Source of the DNA: Nitrospirota bacterium
GTDB taxonomy: Bacteria > Nitrospirota > JACRHJ01
Reading direction: 5' to 3'
Length of the DNA stretch: 64,000 nucleotides
Assembly (NCBI GenBank): GCA_049801375.1
Contig: JBARKJ010000046.1
Span: forward strand, 3,204-67,203
Below the pieces are notes generated by a model. It was not told the DNA's origin and did not search any database. It worked only from the letters and a program-made list of their open reading frames with translations. This document shows, piece by piece, positions 17,444 through 25,885 of the stretch. The position numbers were made by a program, and so were the translations under genes. Numbering within the stretch: position 1 is the first letter of the stretch; each line of letters opens with the position of its first letter.

Positions 17444-18533
17444 GCGCCCGGTTCAACGAAATATCCAGTAATTCCGAGCCGTTATAAATTTCCATGCCGG
17501 CCTTCAATGCGTAAATTCCCGTCCCCGCCGGGACTAGCCCTTCGAGCTTCACGGCGTCTTTCTCTGTAGTTACAAGCACTTCCGCGCCGGATTCTGCCGC
17601 TTTTCCCTCTAAAAAAGCCACGTCTTCCAGAGAATAGGAATGATGGTCCGGGAACTCTTCCGACCCGGTGATTTTAGCATTAAGTTTATGTAAAATCAAT
17701 GAAAAAGACCCCGGATTGGCGATCCCGCAGAATGCGAAAATCCTTTTGCCGGCAAAGAGTTCGGCGGGTATTTCTTCGCGAGATTTTTCGCGTGAGTTTA
17801 TGTTATAAAAGCTTACTGGGAAATATCCTGCATTAGCCATTGAAGTATCTGATAAGGCGAATGATTTAACCTTTTGTTCCTCTTCTGGACGTATAGTCGT
17901 AGCCCCTGTAAATATGATGAAATTTGCCCTTTTTACCCCCCTTTTTGGCTCGCGGAGGTACCCCATCGGGATTGTATGCCCGTTCCCGAACGGATGCGCC
18001 GCATCCATCAGGAGTATGTTCAGGTCCCGGTGCAGCCGGACATGCTGGAAGCCGTCGTCGAGTACCATCGCCCGGGGATGGAATCGCTCCCAGGCCGCCT
18101 TCCCCGCCTCGTACCTGTCGCTCCCCATCACCACCGGCACGCCCGGCAGGCTCCTTGCGATGAGCACCGGCTCGTCCCCCGCCTCACCGGGCGGCAGGAT
18201 GTTCCCCAGGCCATCCGATACGACACGCACCCTGCCCTCGGACATGCCCTTATATCCGCGCGTCAGGACCGCCGTTTTGATTCCTTTTTCCTCCAGCATC
18301 CGCACGATGTTTATGACCATCGGCGTCTTGCCCGTCCCCCCGGCGGTTATGTTGCCGACGCTTATGACCTTGCACGCCAGGCGCTTCGGCTTGATTATCC
18401 CGCTTGAATACAGCCACGCCTTCAGCCCCGCCGCAAAACCGTAAATAAGGCTGGCGGGGTATAGAAGGTATAGCCACGGAGGCATCGGCGCTTCGCCTTT
18501 CAGGGATGCGAGGAGTTTAGGAGAGAGGTTCAT
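17424..18533 (-). CDS. lpxK: Tetraacyldisaccharide 4'-kinase
   Basis: The track ORF extends to 18623. The start was set at Met31 (MNLSPKLL...PWLYLLYPASLIYGF, matching the E. coli LpxK N-terminal membrane helix). Walker A VISVGNITAGGTGKTP. Confidence 0.85.
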   Translation of the reverse strand: MNLSPKLLASLKGEAPMPPWLYLLYPASLIYGFAAGLKAWLYSSGIIKPKRLACKVISVGNITAGGTGKTPMVINIVRMLEEKGIKTAVLTRGYKGMSEGRVRVVSDGLGNILPPGEAGDEPVLIARSLPGVPVVMGSDRYEAGKAAWERFHPRAMVLDDGFQHVRLHRDLNILLMDAAHPFGNGHTIPMGYLREPKRGVKRANFIIFTGATTIRPEEEQKVKSFALSDTSMANAGYFPVSFYNINSREKSREEIPAELFAGKRIFAFCGIANPGSFSLILHKLNAKITGSEEFPDHHSYSLEDVAFLEGKAAESGAEVLVTTEKDAVKLEGLVPAGTGIYALKAGMEIYNGSELLDISLNRALEGQDG

Positions 18534-18572
18534 AATTTTATGGACACCATGCTTTTCATAACTCCCCCTCAA

Positions 18573-18608
18573 TCCCCCTCTTATCTTAAGCGGGGGATGA
18601 ATGAAGGG
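18573..18608. repeat. Left terminal inverted repeat / hairpin of the DUF559 cassette (TCCCCCTCTTATCTTAAGCGGGGGATGAATGAAGGG)
   Basis: A near-perfect inverted copy of the sequence at 18991-19031; the core CCCCCTCTTA-TCT-TAAGCGGGGG is itself a 10-bp-stem hairpin. Confidence 0.7.
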
Positions 18609-18996
18609 ATGTATCGGATACAATCTTCACCGTCAACTTCGCCAGAACGGTCTTAACATCCTCCAAAACTTCATTGTTCCGGAATCGCATAACATTTATA
18701 CCATTGGCATTCAGATATTCTGTCCGCACCGTATCGTATTTCCGGTTATCAGATTCGTCATGCTGTCCGCCGTCCAATTCTACCGCAAGCTTCGCGGCGG
18801 GAGAATAAAAATCCAAGATATATGGCCCGACGCTGTATTGGCGGAAAAATTTCAGGTCTTGAAATTCCCTGTCCCGCACATGTGACCAGAAAATTTCCTC
18901 GGCCTCCGTCTGGTTATGCCGTAATTCCCTCCTACGCGGTTTAAGTATCGGATGATTTTTGATTTTTATATTATCCAATTTTCTTTTCACCTTCAT
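18586..18996 (-). CDS. DUF559 domain protein (Vsr/restriction-endonuclease-like fold; small selfish endonuclease-type gene)
   Basis: 136 aa. ...NQTEAEEIFWSHVRDREFQDLKFFRQYSVGPYILDFYSPAAKLAVELDGGQHDES...RTEYLNANGINVMRFRNNEVLEDVKTVL matches the DUF559 consensus (xPTxAExxLWxxLR...FRRQxPIGxYIxDFYC...LxIELDGxxH...VLRFxNxEV). The start and stop codons lie inside the flanking inverted repeats. Confidence 0.7.
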   Translation of the reverse strand: MKVKRKLDNIKIKNHPILKPRRRELRHNQTEAEEIFWSHVRDREFQDLKFFRQYSVGPYILDFYSPAAKLAVELDGGQHDESDNRKYDTVRTEYLNANGINVMRFRNNEVLEDVKTVLAKLTVKIVSDTSLHSSPA

Positions 18997-19031
18997 CCCC
19001 CTCTTAAGATAAGAGGGGGACCGAGGGGGCG
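18991..19031. repeat. Right terminal inverted repeat / hairpin of the DUF559 cassette (CTTCATCCCCCTCTTAAGATAAGAGGGGGACCGAGGGGGCG)
   Basis: Reverse complement matches 18573-18608 (28/30 plus one indel). Core CCCCCTCTTA-AGA-TAAGAGGGGG is a perfect 10-bp-stem hairpin. It overlaps the waaA stop codon (19004-19006) and the DUF559 start codon (18994-18996). Confidence 0.7.
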
Positions 19032-20317
19032 TTATGAAGCATCTCCTCCACCGCCTTAAAATCTTTTGCCAGCGCGCCTTTATTTTTTTCTATCGCTTCA
19101 AGTGCCGCCTTGCCGAGAGCCGAATATCTGGCTGGGTCGCACAGGAGTTTCGCCGCTTCGGTTGCGAGTTCTTCGCCGTCGCGGACTTCTATGCCCGCGC
19201 CGCAGTCCTTCAGTATCCGGCTGATGTCGCGGAAATTGTGCATCACCGGGCCGAATAAGACGGGCTTGCCGAAGGAAGCGGGTTCCAGGATATTGTGCCC
19301 GCCGACCTCGGCCCAGCTTCCGCCGACGAAGTTTATATCGCCCACGGCATATGTCCCGGCCAGTTCGCCCATCGTGTCGAGGAGCAGGACGGAGCCGGAA
19401 GAGGGGCCGGGGGTGAGGGTACTTTTCCTCCTGCACGCAAATCCCGCCCGCTTGACCGACTCTTCCGCCGCCGCGAAACGCTCCGGGTGTCTGGGGGCCA
19501 GGACCATCACCATGTCCGGAAAAGCCATAAGCAGTTTTTTATATGCCTTGAGCGCCTCGTCCTCTTCGCCCTGGTGAGTGCTCCCGGCGATGAATACCTT
19601 CGCGCCCTCCGGGATGCCAAGTGCCGCCCGTGTCACGGCGGGTTTGCCCGCGACTATCGCCTGGTCGAACTTGATATTGCCGGCTACGGATACCCTATCC
19701 GGCGGCGCGCCAAGTTGGATTATCCGCTCGGCGTCCATCTCGCTCTGCATCAGGAAGCGGCTGACCAGCGGGAGCACGCGCCGGAAGAAGAATCTGAACC
19801 TGCTGTACCCCTTGAGCGAGCGGGGCGAGATGCGGCCGTTGACGATTAGCGACGGGATATTTTCATCGTGCAAGGTCTTCAGGAGGTTCGGCCATATCTC
19901 CGTCTCCACCACCACGAAGAGGTCCGGGGACATATGCCCGATTACGCGGCGGACGACGACGGCGAAATCGAAGGGAAAGAAAAAAAATTTCGCCTTATCA
20001 CCAAGCTTCTCATGCGCGATTTTATTGCCGGTCTCGGTGACGGTGGAGAAATAAATCTCCGTATCCGGGTGGGCTTCCTTAAGCTGGATGACGAGCGGGG
20101 CCGCCGCTACCGTCTCGCCGACGGACACCGCGTGGAACCAGACGCGCTTTCTTTTTTTCTGGTTAAAAAAACCCGTCTTGAAAAAGCCGAACCGCTGGCC
20201 TATCCCCGCCCTCTTTTTCCCCTTCGCCATGAGCGAGATCAGCATATAGGGGAAATAAAAAAGCGCGAAGACATAGAGCAGAATTCCGTAGAGGAAAAAT
20301 ATCACTTGGGCCCCCAC
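19004..20317 (-). CDS. waaA: 3-deoxy-D-manno-octulosonic acid (Kdo) transferase
   Basis: 437 aa. WFHAVSVGETVAAAPLVIQLKEAHPDTEIYFSTVTETG aligns with E. coli WaaA LHSVSVGETLAAIPLVRALRHRYPDLPITVTTMTPTG. The track start is GTG at 20317; an alternative GTG lies at 20305. The last six codons are encoded by the right inverted-repeat hairpin. Confidence 0.9.
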   Translation of the reverse strand: MGAQVIFFLYGILLYVFALFYFPYMLISLMAKGKKRAGIGQRFGFFKTGFFNQKKRKRVWFHAVSVGETVAAAPLVIQLKEAHPDTEIYFSTVTETGNKIAHEKLGDKAKFFFFPFDFAVVVRRVIGHMSPDLFVVVETEIWPNLLKTLHDENIPSLIVNGRISPRSLKGYSRFRFFFRRVLPLVSRFLMQSEMDAERIIQLGAPPDRVSVAGNIKFDQAIVAGKPAVTRAALGIPEGAKVFIAGSTHQGEEDEALKAYKKLLMAFPDMVMVLAPRHPERFAAAEESVKRAGFACRRKSTLTPGPSSGSVLLLDTMGELAGTYAVGDINFVGGSWAEVGGHNILEPASFGKPVLFGPVMHNFRDISRILKDCGAGIEVRDGEELATEAAKLLCDPARYSALGKAALEAIEKNKGALAKDFKAVEEMLHNAPSVPLLS

Positions 20318-20945
20318 CAGTTATCCGCCCTGTCCGTCAATTCGCGCATCCGCCTCTCCAGCTCGGCCCGGAGGGCTTCCGCCGTCTCTTTATCGGCGTC
20401 TCTCGGGACGAATAGCGGCTCTCCGTAGATCGCAACGGCCTGTGTGAAGGGGTAAGGGATGATGAAGCTATCCCAGGATTTTAAAGTTTTTTTTTGCGTG
20501 CGGAATATGTAAGGGGATATATCGGGAGGCCGGTCGCCTTCGCCGCCTGGATTACTCCCGGCTGGACGACGTACCTGGGGCCCTTGGGGCCGTCGGGAGT
20601 GAACGCGATGCTGAAGCCTTCGCGGGCGAGCTTTATCAGTTCTTTAAGCGCCGATATACCGCCGCGGGTCGTCGAGCCGCGCGAGGAGGCGATGCCGAAA
20701 TACTTTACCAGCCTGGCTATAAGCTCCCCGTCCTTGTGCCTGCTGACCATCACGGAGGACGGGCGGGAGAGCTTCATGAACGGCATCAGGAGTATCCTGC
20801 CGTGCCAGAACGAGAATATAAGCTGCGTGTCTTTCGGAGGACGGTTTATCACCTTAAGGCGCAGCGTGAGCCGTAAGAGCTTCAATAAGACCGCACCCAG
20901 AAACGGGCCGGCAAGTATCAGTAGTTTGTCAGAGCGTTTCGACAT
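20302..20945 (-). pseudogene. DUF374 (waaA-associated lysophospholipid-acyltransferase-superfamily) gene interrupted by a -1 frameshift in an A9 homopolymer (20487-20495)
   Basis: The track ORF 20481-20945 (154 aa, ...FWHGRILLMP...ITPDGPKGPR-like motifs) stops right after KKK encoded by AAAAAAAAA. Adding one A gives ...RKKKTLKSWDSFIIPYPFTQAVAIYGEPLFVPRDADKETAEALRAELERRMRELTDRADNWWGPK* ending at 20302, which is the expected DUF374 C-terminus (SWDxFxIPxPF...). Confidence 0.6.
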
Positions 20946-22683
20946 TCTCAGTCTTAAGCTTCCCGAACTGCATATCGTAGAGCCGCTTATAGATGCGGCT
21001 TTTTTCCAGGAGTTCGGAATGCTTTCCTATGTCGGTTACTTTGCCGCCGCTTATTACGACTATTTTGTCCGCGTTTATTATCGTGGAGAGCCTGTGGGCT
21101 ATTACCAGGGTCGTCCTGTTCTTCATAAGGTTCTCAAGGGCCTGCTGGACTATCCTCTCCGACTCGGTATCAAGGCTCGATGTGGCCTCGTCCAGGATGA
21201 GTATCTGGCTGTTCTTTAAGATGGCGCGCGCTATCGAAATCCTCTGCTTCTCGCCTCCGGATAGCCGGAAGCCCTTCTCGCCGATTATGGTATTGTATTT
21301 CTTCGGGAGCTTGTCTATGAATATGTCCGCGTGGGCGGCGCGCGCCGCCGCGGCGACCATCTCCTCTGTAAACTCTTCCTTGCCGTAGGCGATATTGTTG
21401 CGGATGGTGTCGTTGAACAATATCGTATCCTGAGTCACTACCGCGATGTTCTGACGGAGCGTCTTCAACTGAAAGCCCCTTGTGTCCTGGCCGTCAATCA
21501 ATATCGCGCCTTCCTGAAGCTCGTAGAAGCGCGGGAGAAGGTTTGCCAATGTTGTTTTTCCGCCGCCTGACGCCCCGACTACCGCGACTACTTCGCCTTT
21601 TTTTATGGTAAGGTCCACGTCCTTCAGGACGTAGTCCTCTTTTTCGTTGTACTTGAAGCTCACGCCGCGGTACTGAATATTGTCTTTTATCCCCTCAGGG
21701 CCGGAAATGCCCCTGGACATCGCCTCCTTCTCGTTCGCGGTATCGAATACCTTAAAAATCCTCTCGGTAGCGGATATACCCGACTGCAGACTGTTATGCA
21801 GGCCGCCGAGCGTTTTTACCGGGCCGTACAACATAAAAAGCGCCGCCGTAAAGGAAAAGAATCCGCCGGGCGTCATTGCATGAGTGGTAACCTTGTGGCC
21901 GCCGTAGAATATTATAATCGCCATGGTAAGCCCGCCCAGCAAATCAAGGGTTGGGGAGAGCAGGCTATTTATTTTGGCGTTCTTTATCTGGAGTTTTGTA
22001 AATCTCTCGTGCTCCTCCATGAACTTCTCGTCTTCCCGGTCCTCCATCGTAAACGCCTTCACAATCCTGCTGCCGGTGAAGCTCTCCTGGAGGGTGCTCA
22101 TGATGCCGGCGATGGACTCCTGGGATTTACGGCTGAGTTTGCGCGTCTTCTTGCCGTATTTGGAAATTAAAACTCCCATAAGCGGCATTATTATAATGGC
22201 TATGGTCGCGAGCTTCCAGTCCCTCATGAAGAGCACGACGACCAGACCCACGATGGAGAACGACTGCTGGAGGGTGTCCTTCACTAAATTTCCGGCCAGA
22301 CTGCTTAAGGCCCCAACGTCGTTTATGACATGGGAAATCAATCTCCCGGTATTGGTGGCCTGATATTCCTTGAGCGGGAGATAGACCATGTGGGTGTATA
22401 GGTCGTTACGGATATCTTTTATTATATTGAACGACGCGTACTGCGTCAGGTAGGACTGGAAATACGTGAACACGTTTTTTATCAAGTAGACGGCAAACAC
22501 CGCGAACGACAACGGGGCAAGTTTTGTGGTATCGGCCTTGACGAAAATATCGTCCAGGATGGGTTTTATCAGCCACGCGGTCGCACCGCTCGTGCCGGAC
22601 ACCACCAGCGTGCAGATTATCGCCAGGAAGGTTATCCTTAAATATTTTTTTACATAGGGCCAAAGCCTTGCAAGCAGTTCCAT
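20929..22683 (-). CDS. msbA: Lipid A export ATP-binding/permease protein (ABC exporter, type I)
   Basis: 584 aa. Six N-terminal TM helices, Walker A GASGGGKTT, signature LSGGEKQRISIARAIL, Walker B ILILDEATSSLD. Sits between lpxB and waaA. Confidence 0.85.
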   Translation of the reverse strand: MELLARLWPYVKKYLRITFLAIICTLVVSGTSGATAWLIKPILDDIFVKADTTKLAPLSFAVFAVYLIKNVFTYFQSYLTQYASFNIIKDIRNDLYTHMVYLPLKEYQATNTGRLISHVINDVGALSSLAGNLVKDTLQQSFSIVGLVVVLFMRDWKLATIAIIIMPLMGVLISKYGKKTRKLSRKSQESIAGIMSTLQESFTGSRIVKAFTMEDREDEKFMEEHERFTKLQIKNAKINSLLSPTLDLLGGLTMAIIIFYGGHKVTTHAMTPGGFFSFTAALFMLYGPVKTLGGLHNSLQSGISATERIFKVFDTANEKEAMSRGISGPEGIKDNIQYRGVSFKYNEKEDYVLKDVDLTIKKGEVVAVVGASGGGKTTLANLLPRFYELQEGAILIDGQDTRGFQLKTLRQNIAVVTQDTILFNDTIRNNIAYGKEEFTEEMVAAAARAAHADIFIDKLPKKYNTIIGEKGFRLSGGEKQRISIARAILKNSQILILDEATSSLDTESERIVQQALENLMKNRTTLVIAHRLSTIINADKIVVISGGKVTDIGKHSELLEKSRIYKRLYDMQFGKLKTENVETL

Positions 22684-22694
22684 CTATACTCCAG

Positions 22695-23834
22695 TTATAT
22701 CCCGGCCTCTTTAAGCACTTCCAGGGCCGCCCTCTCCGAGGCTCCCGGACCACCCAGCTTCTCGCTGACGAAGCCCAGGTTCCGGACAATGTCGCAGTTA
22801 TATGCTTTATCATAAAACATCTTTAAAATCAAGGAACTTATCCTCTCGGGGCTCGCCTCGTCCTGTATCAGCTCCGGCACGGCCTCATGTCCCGCGATGA
22901 GGTTCGGCATCCCGATGAACGGCACGTCTATAAGCATTTTCCCCAGCCAGTAAGTAATCGGGGATAATTTATAGATTATCACCATCGGTTTTCCCTTGAG
23001 GGCGGTCTGGAGAGTTGCCGTCCCGGAAGCTACCACCGCGGCGTCCATAACCGTCATCACCCCAGGCGCATCGTCGTTTATAAGCCGCACGTCTTCATAA
23101 CCAGCCAGGTATCCCCTGAAATCATCAAGGGAAAGGGTCGGCGCAAGCGGTATTACCGCCTGGACATCCGGCATTTTAGCCTTTATCCGGGAAAACGCCT
23201 TCAACATCACCGGCAGGTGGAAGTTAAGCTCTTTTTTCCTGCTGCCGGGCAGGATTCCGAGTATGGGCTTCTGCGGGTCCAGCCCGAATTTATCCGCCAG
23301 CTCTTCTTTCGAGCGGGTCTGTGTCTCTTCATCCAGAAGCGGGTGCCCCACGAAAGAGCATTTCACGCCCGCCTCCCGGTAAACCGCCTCCTCGAAAGGA
23401 AATACCACGAGCATCCTATCCACGACCTTTGCGATGTTTTTTATTCGACCCTTGCGCCACGCCCATACCTGCGGGCTGACATAATAAACGACCTTCACCC
23501 CGGCGGCTTTGGCCTTCTTGGCCATCCGCAGGTTGAAGTCCGGGTAGTCTATCAGCACGACGGCGTCGGGCCGCTCCCGGATTATCGTCTCCTCCATGAG
23601 GTTGAACGCGGCCCTTATGTCCTTAAGGTGGGTCAGCACCTCCCATATCCCCACGACCGCAAGGCGCGAGATATCCTGGAGGGTCTTTACCCCAGCTTCC
23701 CGCATCATCTTCCCGCCCATGCCGGAGATGCTGAGGTCCGGCCTGAGGGCCATGAGCGCCTTTGCGAGGTTGCCGCCGTGCAGGTCGCCGGAGGCCTCCC
23801 CGGCGATTATCAGGATCTTTTTTTCGCGGGACAC
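22695..23834 (-). CDS. lpxB: Lipid-A-disaccharide synthase
   Basis: 379 aa. N-terminal KILIIAGEASGDLHGGNLAKAL aligns with E. coli LpxB [22 protein letters not shown]. Confidence 0.9.
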   Translation of the reverse strand: MSREKKILIIAGEASGDLHGGNLAKALMALRPDLSISGMGGKMMREAGVKTLQDISRLAVVGIWEVLTHLKDIRAAFNLMEETIIRERPDAVVLIDYPDFNLRMAKKAKAAGVKVVYYVSPQVWAWRKGRIKNIAKVVDRMLVVFPFEEAVYREAGVKCSFVGHPLLDEETQTRSKEELADKFGLDPQKPILGILPGSRKKELNFHLPVMLKAFSRIKAKMPDVQAVIPLAPTLSLDDFRGYLAGYEDVRLINDDAPGVMTVMDAAVVASGTATLQTALKGKPMVIIYKLSPITYWLGKMLIDVPFIGMPNLIAGHEAVPELIQDEASPERISSLILKMFYDKAYNCDIVRNLGFVSEKLGGPGASERAALEVLKEAGI

Positions 23835-24934
23835 GAAAGAGTTGCCCTTATATTCTCTGAGATCAAATCGACATCCACCGGGTTAAGCTCCGGGTAAATC
23901 GGCAGGGACAGAACGCGCCTTGAGAGGTTTTCCGAGACCGGGAAGTCGCCTTCTTTATATCCCAGGCCCCTGTAGGATTTTTGCAGATGGAGCGGGACGG
24001 GGTAGTAGATAGCTGAAGCAATATCCTTTTCCGCTAGCGTGCGGAGTATCTCGTCTCTGCGCTCGGCGAGTATCGTGTACTGGTGATATACGTGGTAATA
24101 TCCGTTTTTCTCGACCGGGAGGTCAATCCCGTCCAGCGTCGCAAGCAGTTCGTTGTACTGCGCGGCCCGCTCGCGGCGGAGGCCGTTGTATCGGTCTATC
24201 TTTGGGAGCTTCACGCGGAGTATCGCGGCCTGTATCTCGTCCAGGCGGCTGTTGTATCCCACGGTATCGTGATAATACCGCGTCCTGCTCCCGTGGTTAC
24301 GCAGTGCCCGAAGCTCTTCGGCTGTATCGTCGCTGTCCGTGGTGACCATCCCTCCGTCGCCGTAGCAGCCGAGGTTCTTGCTGGGAAAAAATGAAAAACA
24401 ACCCGCGTCCCCGAAAGAGCCAGTCCTGACGAATTTGTATCCGGCACCGAAGCTCTGCGCGCAGTCCTCTATCACTTTCAGCCCGTGGGCGTTCGCGATA
24501 TCGAGGATGCTACTCATCTCCGCCGGGTGGCCGAACAGGTGCACGGGTATGACCGCCTTCGTCCGGGAGGTAATTTTTTTCTTTATTTCTTCCGGGTCTA
24601 TGTTCCAGGTATCGGGCGAGACGTCCGCGAATACCGGTTTCGCCCCTATGTAGGATATAGCCTCCGCCGTGGCGATGAACGTGAACGGGGTCGTGATTAC
24701 CTCGTCCCCGGCCTTTATCCCCGAGGCGAGGAGCGCCAGGTGCAGTGCGTCCGTGCCGGAGGCACAGGCTACGGCGTGCTTCGTCCCGATATATTCCGCG
24801 ACCTCTTTTTCCAGCGCCTGCACGTTCGGCCCCAGGATGAACTGCGTCGCAAGCAGGACCTCCTGCAGCTTTGCGTCCAGTTCGTCCTTAAGGTCGATAT
24901 ACTGGGCCTTCAAATCAACCATCGGTATTTTCAT
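23810..24934 (-). CDS. gnnB: DegT/DnrJ/EryC1/StrS-family PLP-dependent sugar aminotransferase; by position a UDP-3-keto-GlcNAc aminotransferase GnnB candidate
   Basis: 374 aa. ...AVACASGTDALHLAL..., SFFPSKNLGCYGDGG (PLP-Lys region), typical of the DegT family. Located between lpxB and a Gfo/Idh/MocA oxidoreductase inside the lpx cluster, as described for gnnA/gnnB in Acidithiobacillus and Leptospira. Confidence 0.65.
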   Translation of the reverse strand: MKIPMVDLKAQYIDLKDELDAKLQEVLLATQFILGPNVQALEKEVAEYIGTKHAVACASGTDALHLALLASGIKAGDEVITTPFTFIATAEAISYIGAKPVFADVSPDTWNIDPEEIKKKITSRTKAVIPVHLFGHPAEMSSILDIANAHGLKVIEDCAQSFGAGYKFVRTGSFGDAGCFSFFPSKNLGCYGDGGMVTTDSDDTAEELRALRNHGSRTRYYHDTVGYNSRLDEIQAAILRVKLPKIDRYNGLRRERAAQYNELLATLDGIDLPVEKNGYYHVYHQYTILAERRDEILRTLAEKDIASAIYYPVPLHLQKSYRGLGYKEGDFPVSENLSRRVLSLPIYPELNPVDVDLISENIRATLSCPAKKRS

Positions 24935-24937
24935 AGT

Positions 24938-25885
24938 CTAGACCGTATGGCTCCTTATCTCTTCCTGTACGAGCATGGCGACTTTCAGCGCCTCCCTGCC
25001 CTCAACTCCCGAAACCAGCGGTTTTTTACGCGATGCCACGCATTCGAGGAACGCGTCCAACTCCGCCTTCAGGGGCTCCTCTTTTTTTACCTTCACCTTG
25101 CCGCCGACAATATCAGGCTTCCCTTCCGGGTCTTTCTTGTTGGGGATGCGGTGGTAGGCGTATATCTCCTGGTCCTGATAGTTGAGCGATATGTAAGTAT
25201 CCGGCTGAAAGAGCCGGATTTTGCGCTCCTTCTTCAGCGATATCCTGCTGGAGGTAACGTTGGCGACGCAGCCGGACTCGAACTCCATCCTGGCGTTCGC
25301 TATATCGACATTCTTCGATATGACGGGTATGCCGACGGCGTGGATGTTCTTAACGGGCGAGCCAACCAACGAGAGTATGATGTCTATGTCGTGTATCATG
25401 AGGTCGAGCACCACGTCCACGTCAGTCGACCTGTCCGGGAACGGGGAGAGCCTGTTGCACTCGATGAACTTCGGAGTCGTGGTAAGCTCCACCATCTTGG
25501 TCACGGCTGAATTGAACCGCTCTAAATGCCCGACCTGAAGGATGCAGTTTTTCTCCTGAGCGAGATTTACCAGCTCGTCCGCCTCCTCCACCGTTACGGT
25601 CATGGGCTTCTCCAGGAGCACGTCCACCCCGGCGGAAAGAAAATCTTTCGCAATCCTGTAATGGTGGACGGTCGGCGCGGAGATAGATACCGCCTGCACC
25701 TTCCCTATCAGCTCCTCGTGGGAAGTAAACGCAACGGTCTTCGCGGATTTCGCAATCTCTTTTGCCTGGTCCGCGTTCACGTCGCAAACCCCGACCAGTT
25801 CGGCTCCCGGGAGTTCCGAATATATCCTCGCGTGGTGCCTGCCAAGGTATCCCACGCCTACTACGCCTACTTTTATTTTTTGCAC
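24938..25885 (-). CDS. gnnA: Gfo/Idh/MocA-family NAD-dependent oxidoreductase; by position a UDP-GlcNAc 3-dehydrogenase GnnA candidate
   Basis: 315 aa. N-terminal KVGVVGVGYLGRHHARIYSELPGAELVGVCD Rossmann fold; EKP motif (LLEKPMTVTVEEADEL). Confidence 0.6.
   Translation of the reverse strand: MQKIKVGVVGVGYLGRHHARIYSELPGAELVGVCDVNADQAKEIAKSAKTVAFTSHEELIGKVQAVSISAPTVHHYRIAKDFLSAGVDVLLEKPMTVTVEEADELVNLAQEKNCILQVGHLERFNSAVTKMVELTTTPKFIECNRLSPFPDRSTDVDVVLDLMIHDIDIILSLVGSPVKNIHAVGIPVISKNVDIANARMEFESGCVANVTSSRISLKKERKIRLFQPDTYISLNYQDQEIYAYHRIPNKKDPEGKPDIVGGKVKVKKEEPLKAELDAFLECVASRKKPLVSGVEGREALKVAMLVQEEIRSHTV

Noticed and set aside
17424-18623. Long N-terminal extensions on lpxK, fabZ, the GT4 at 10810, the flavoprotein at 43155, KS-beta, trmL, the crtI-like gene and others
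   Set aside because: The extensions overlap upstream genes and lack RBSs, and internal Met or alternative starts give canonical N-termini. They are treated as ORF-caller artefacts, not novel N-terminal domains.
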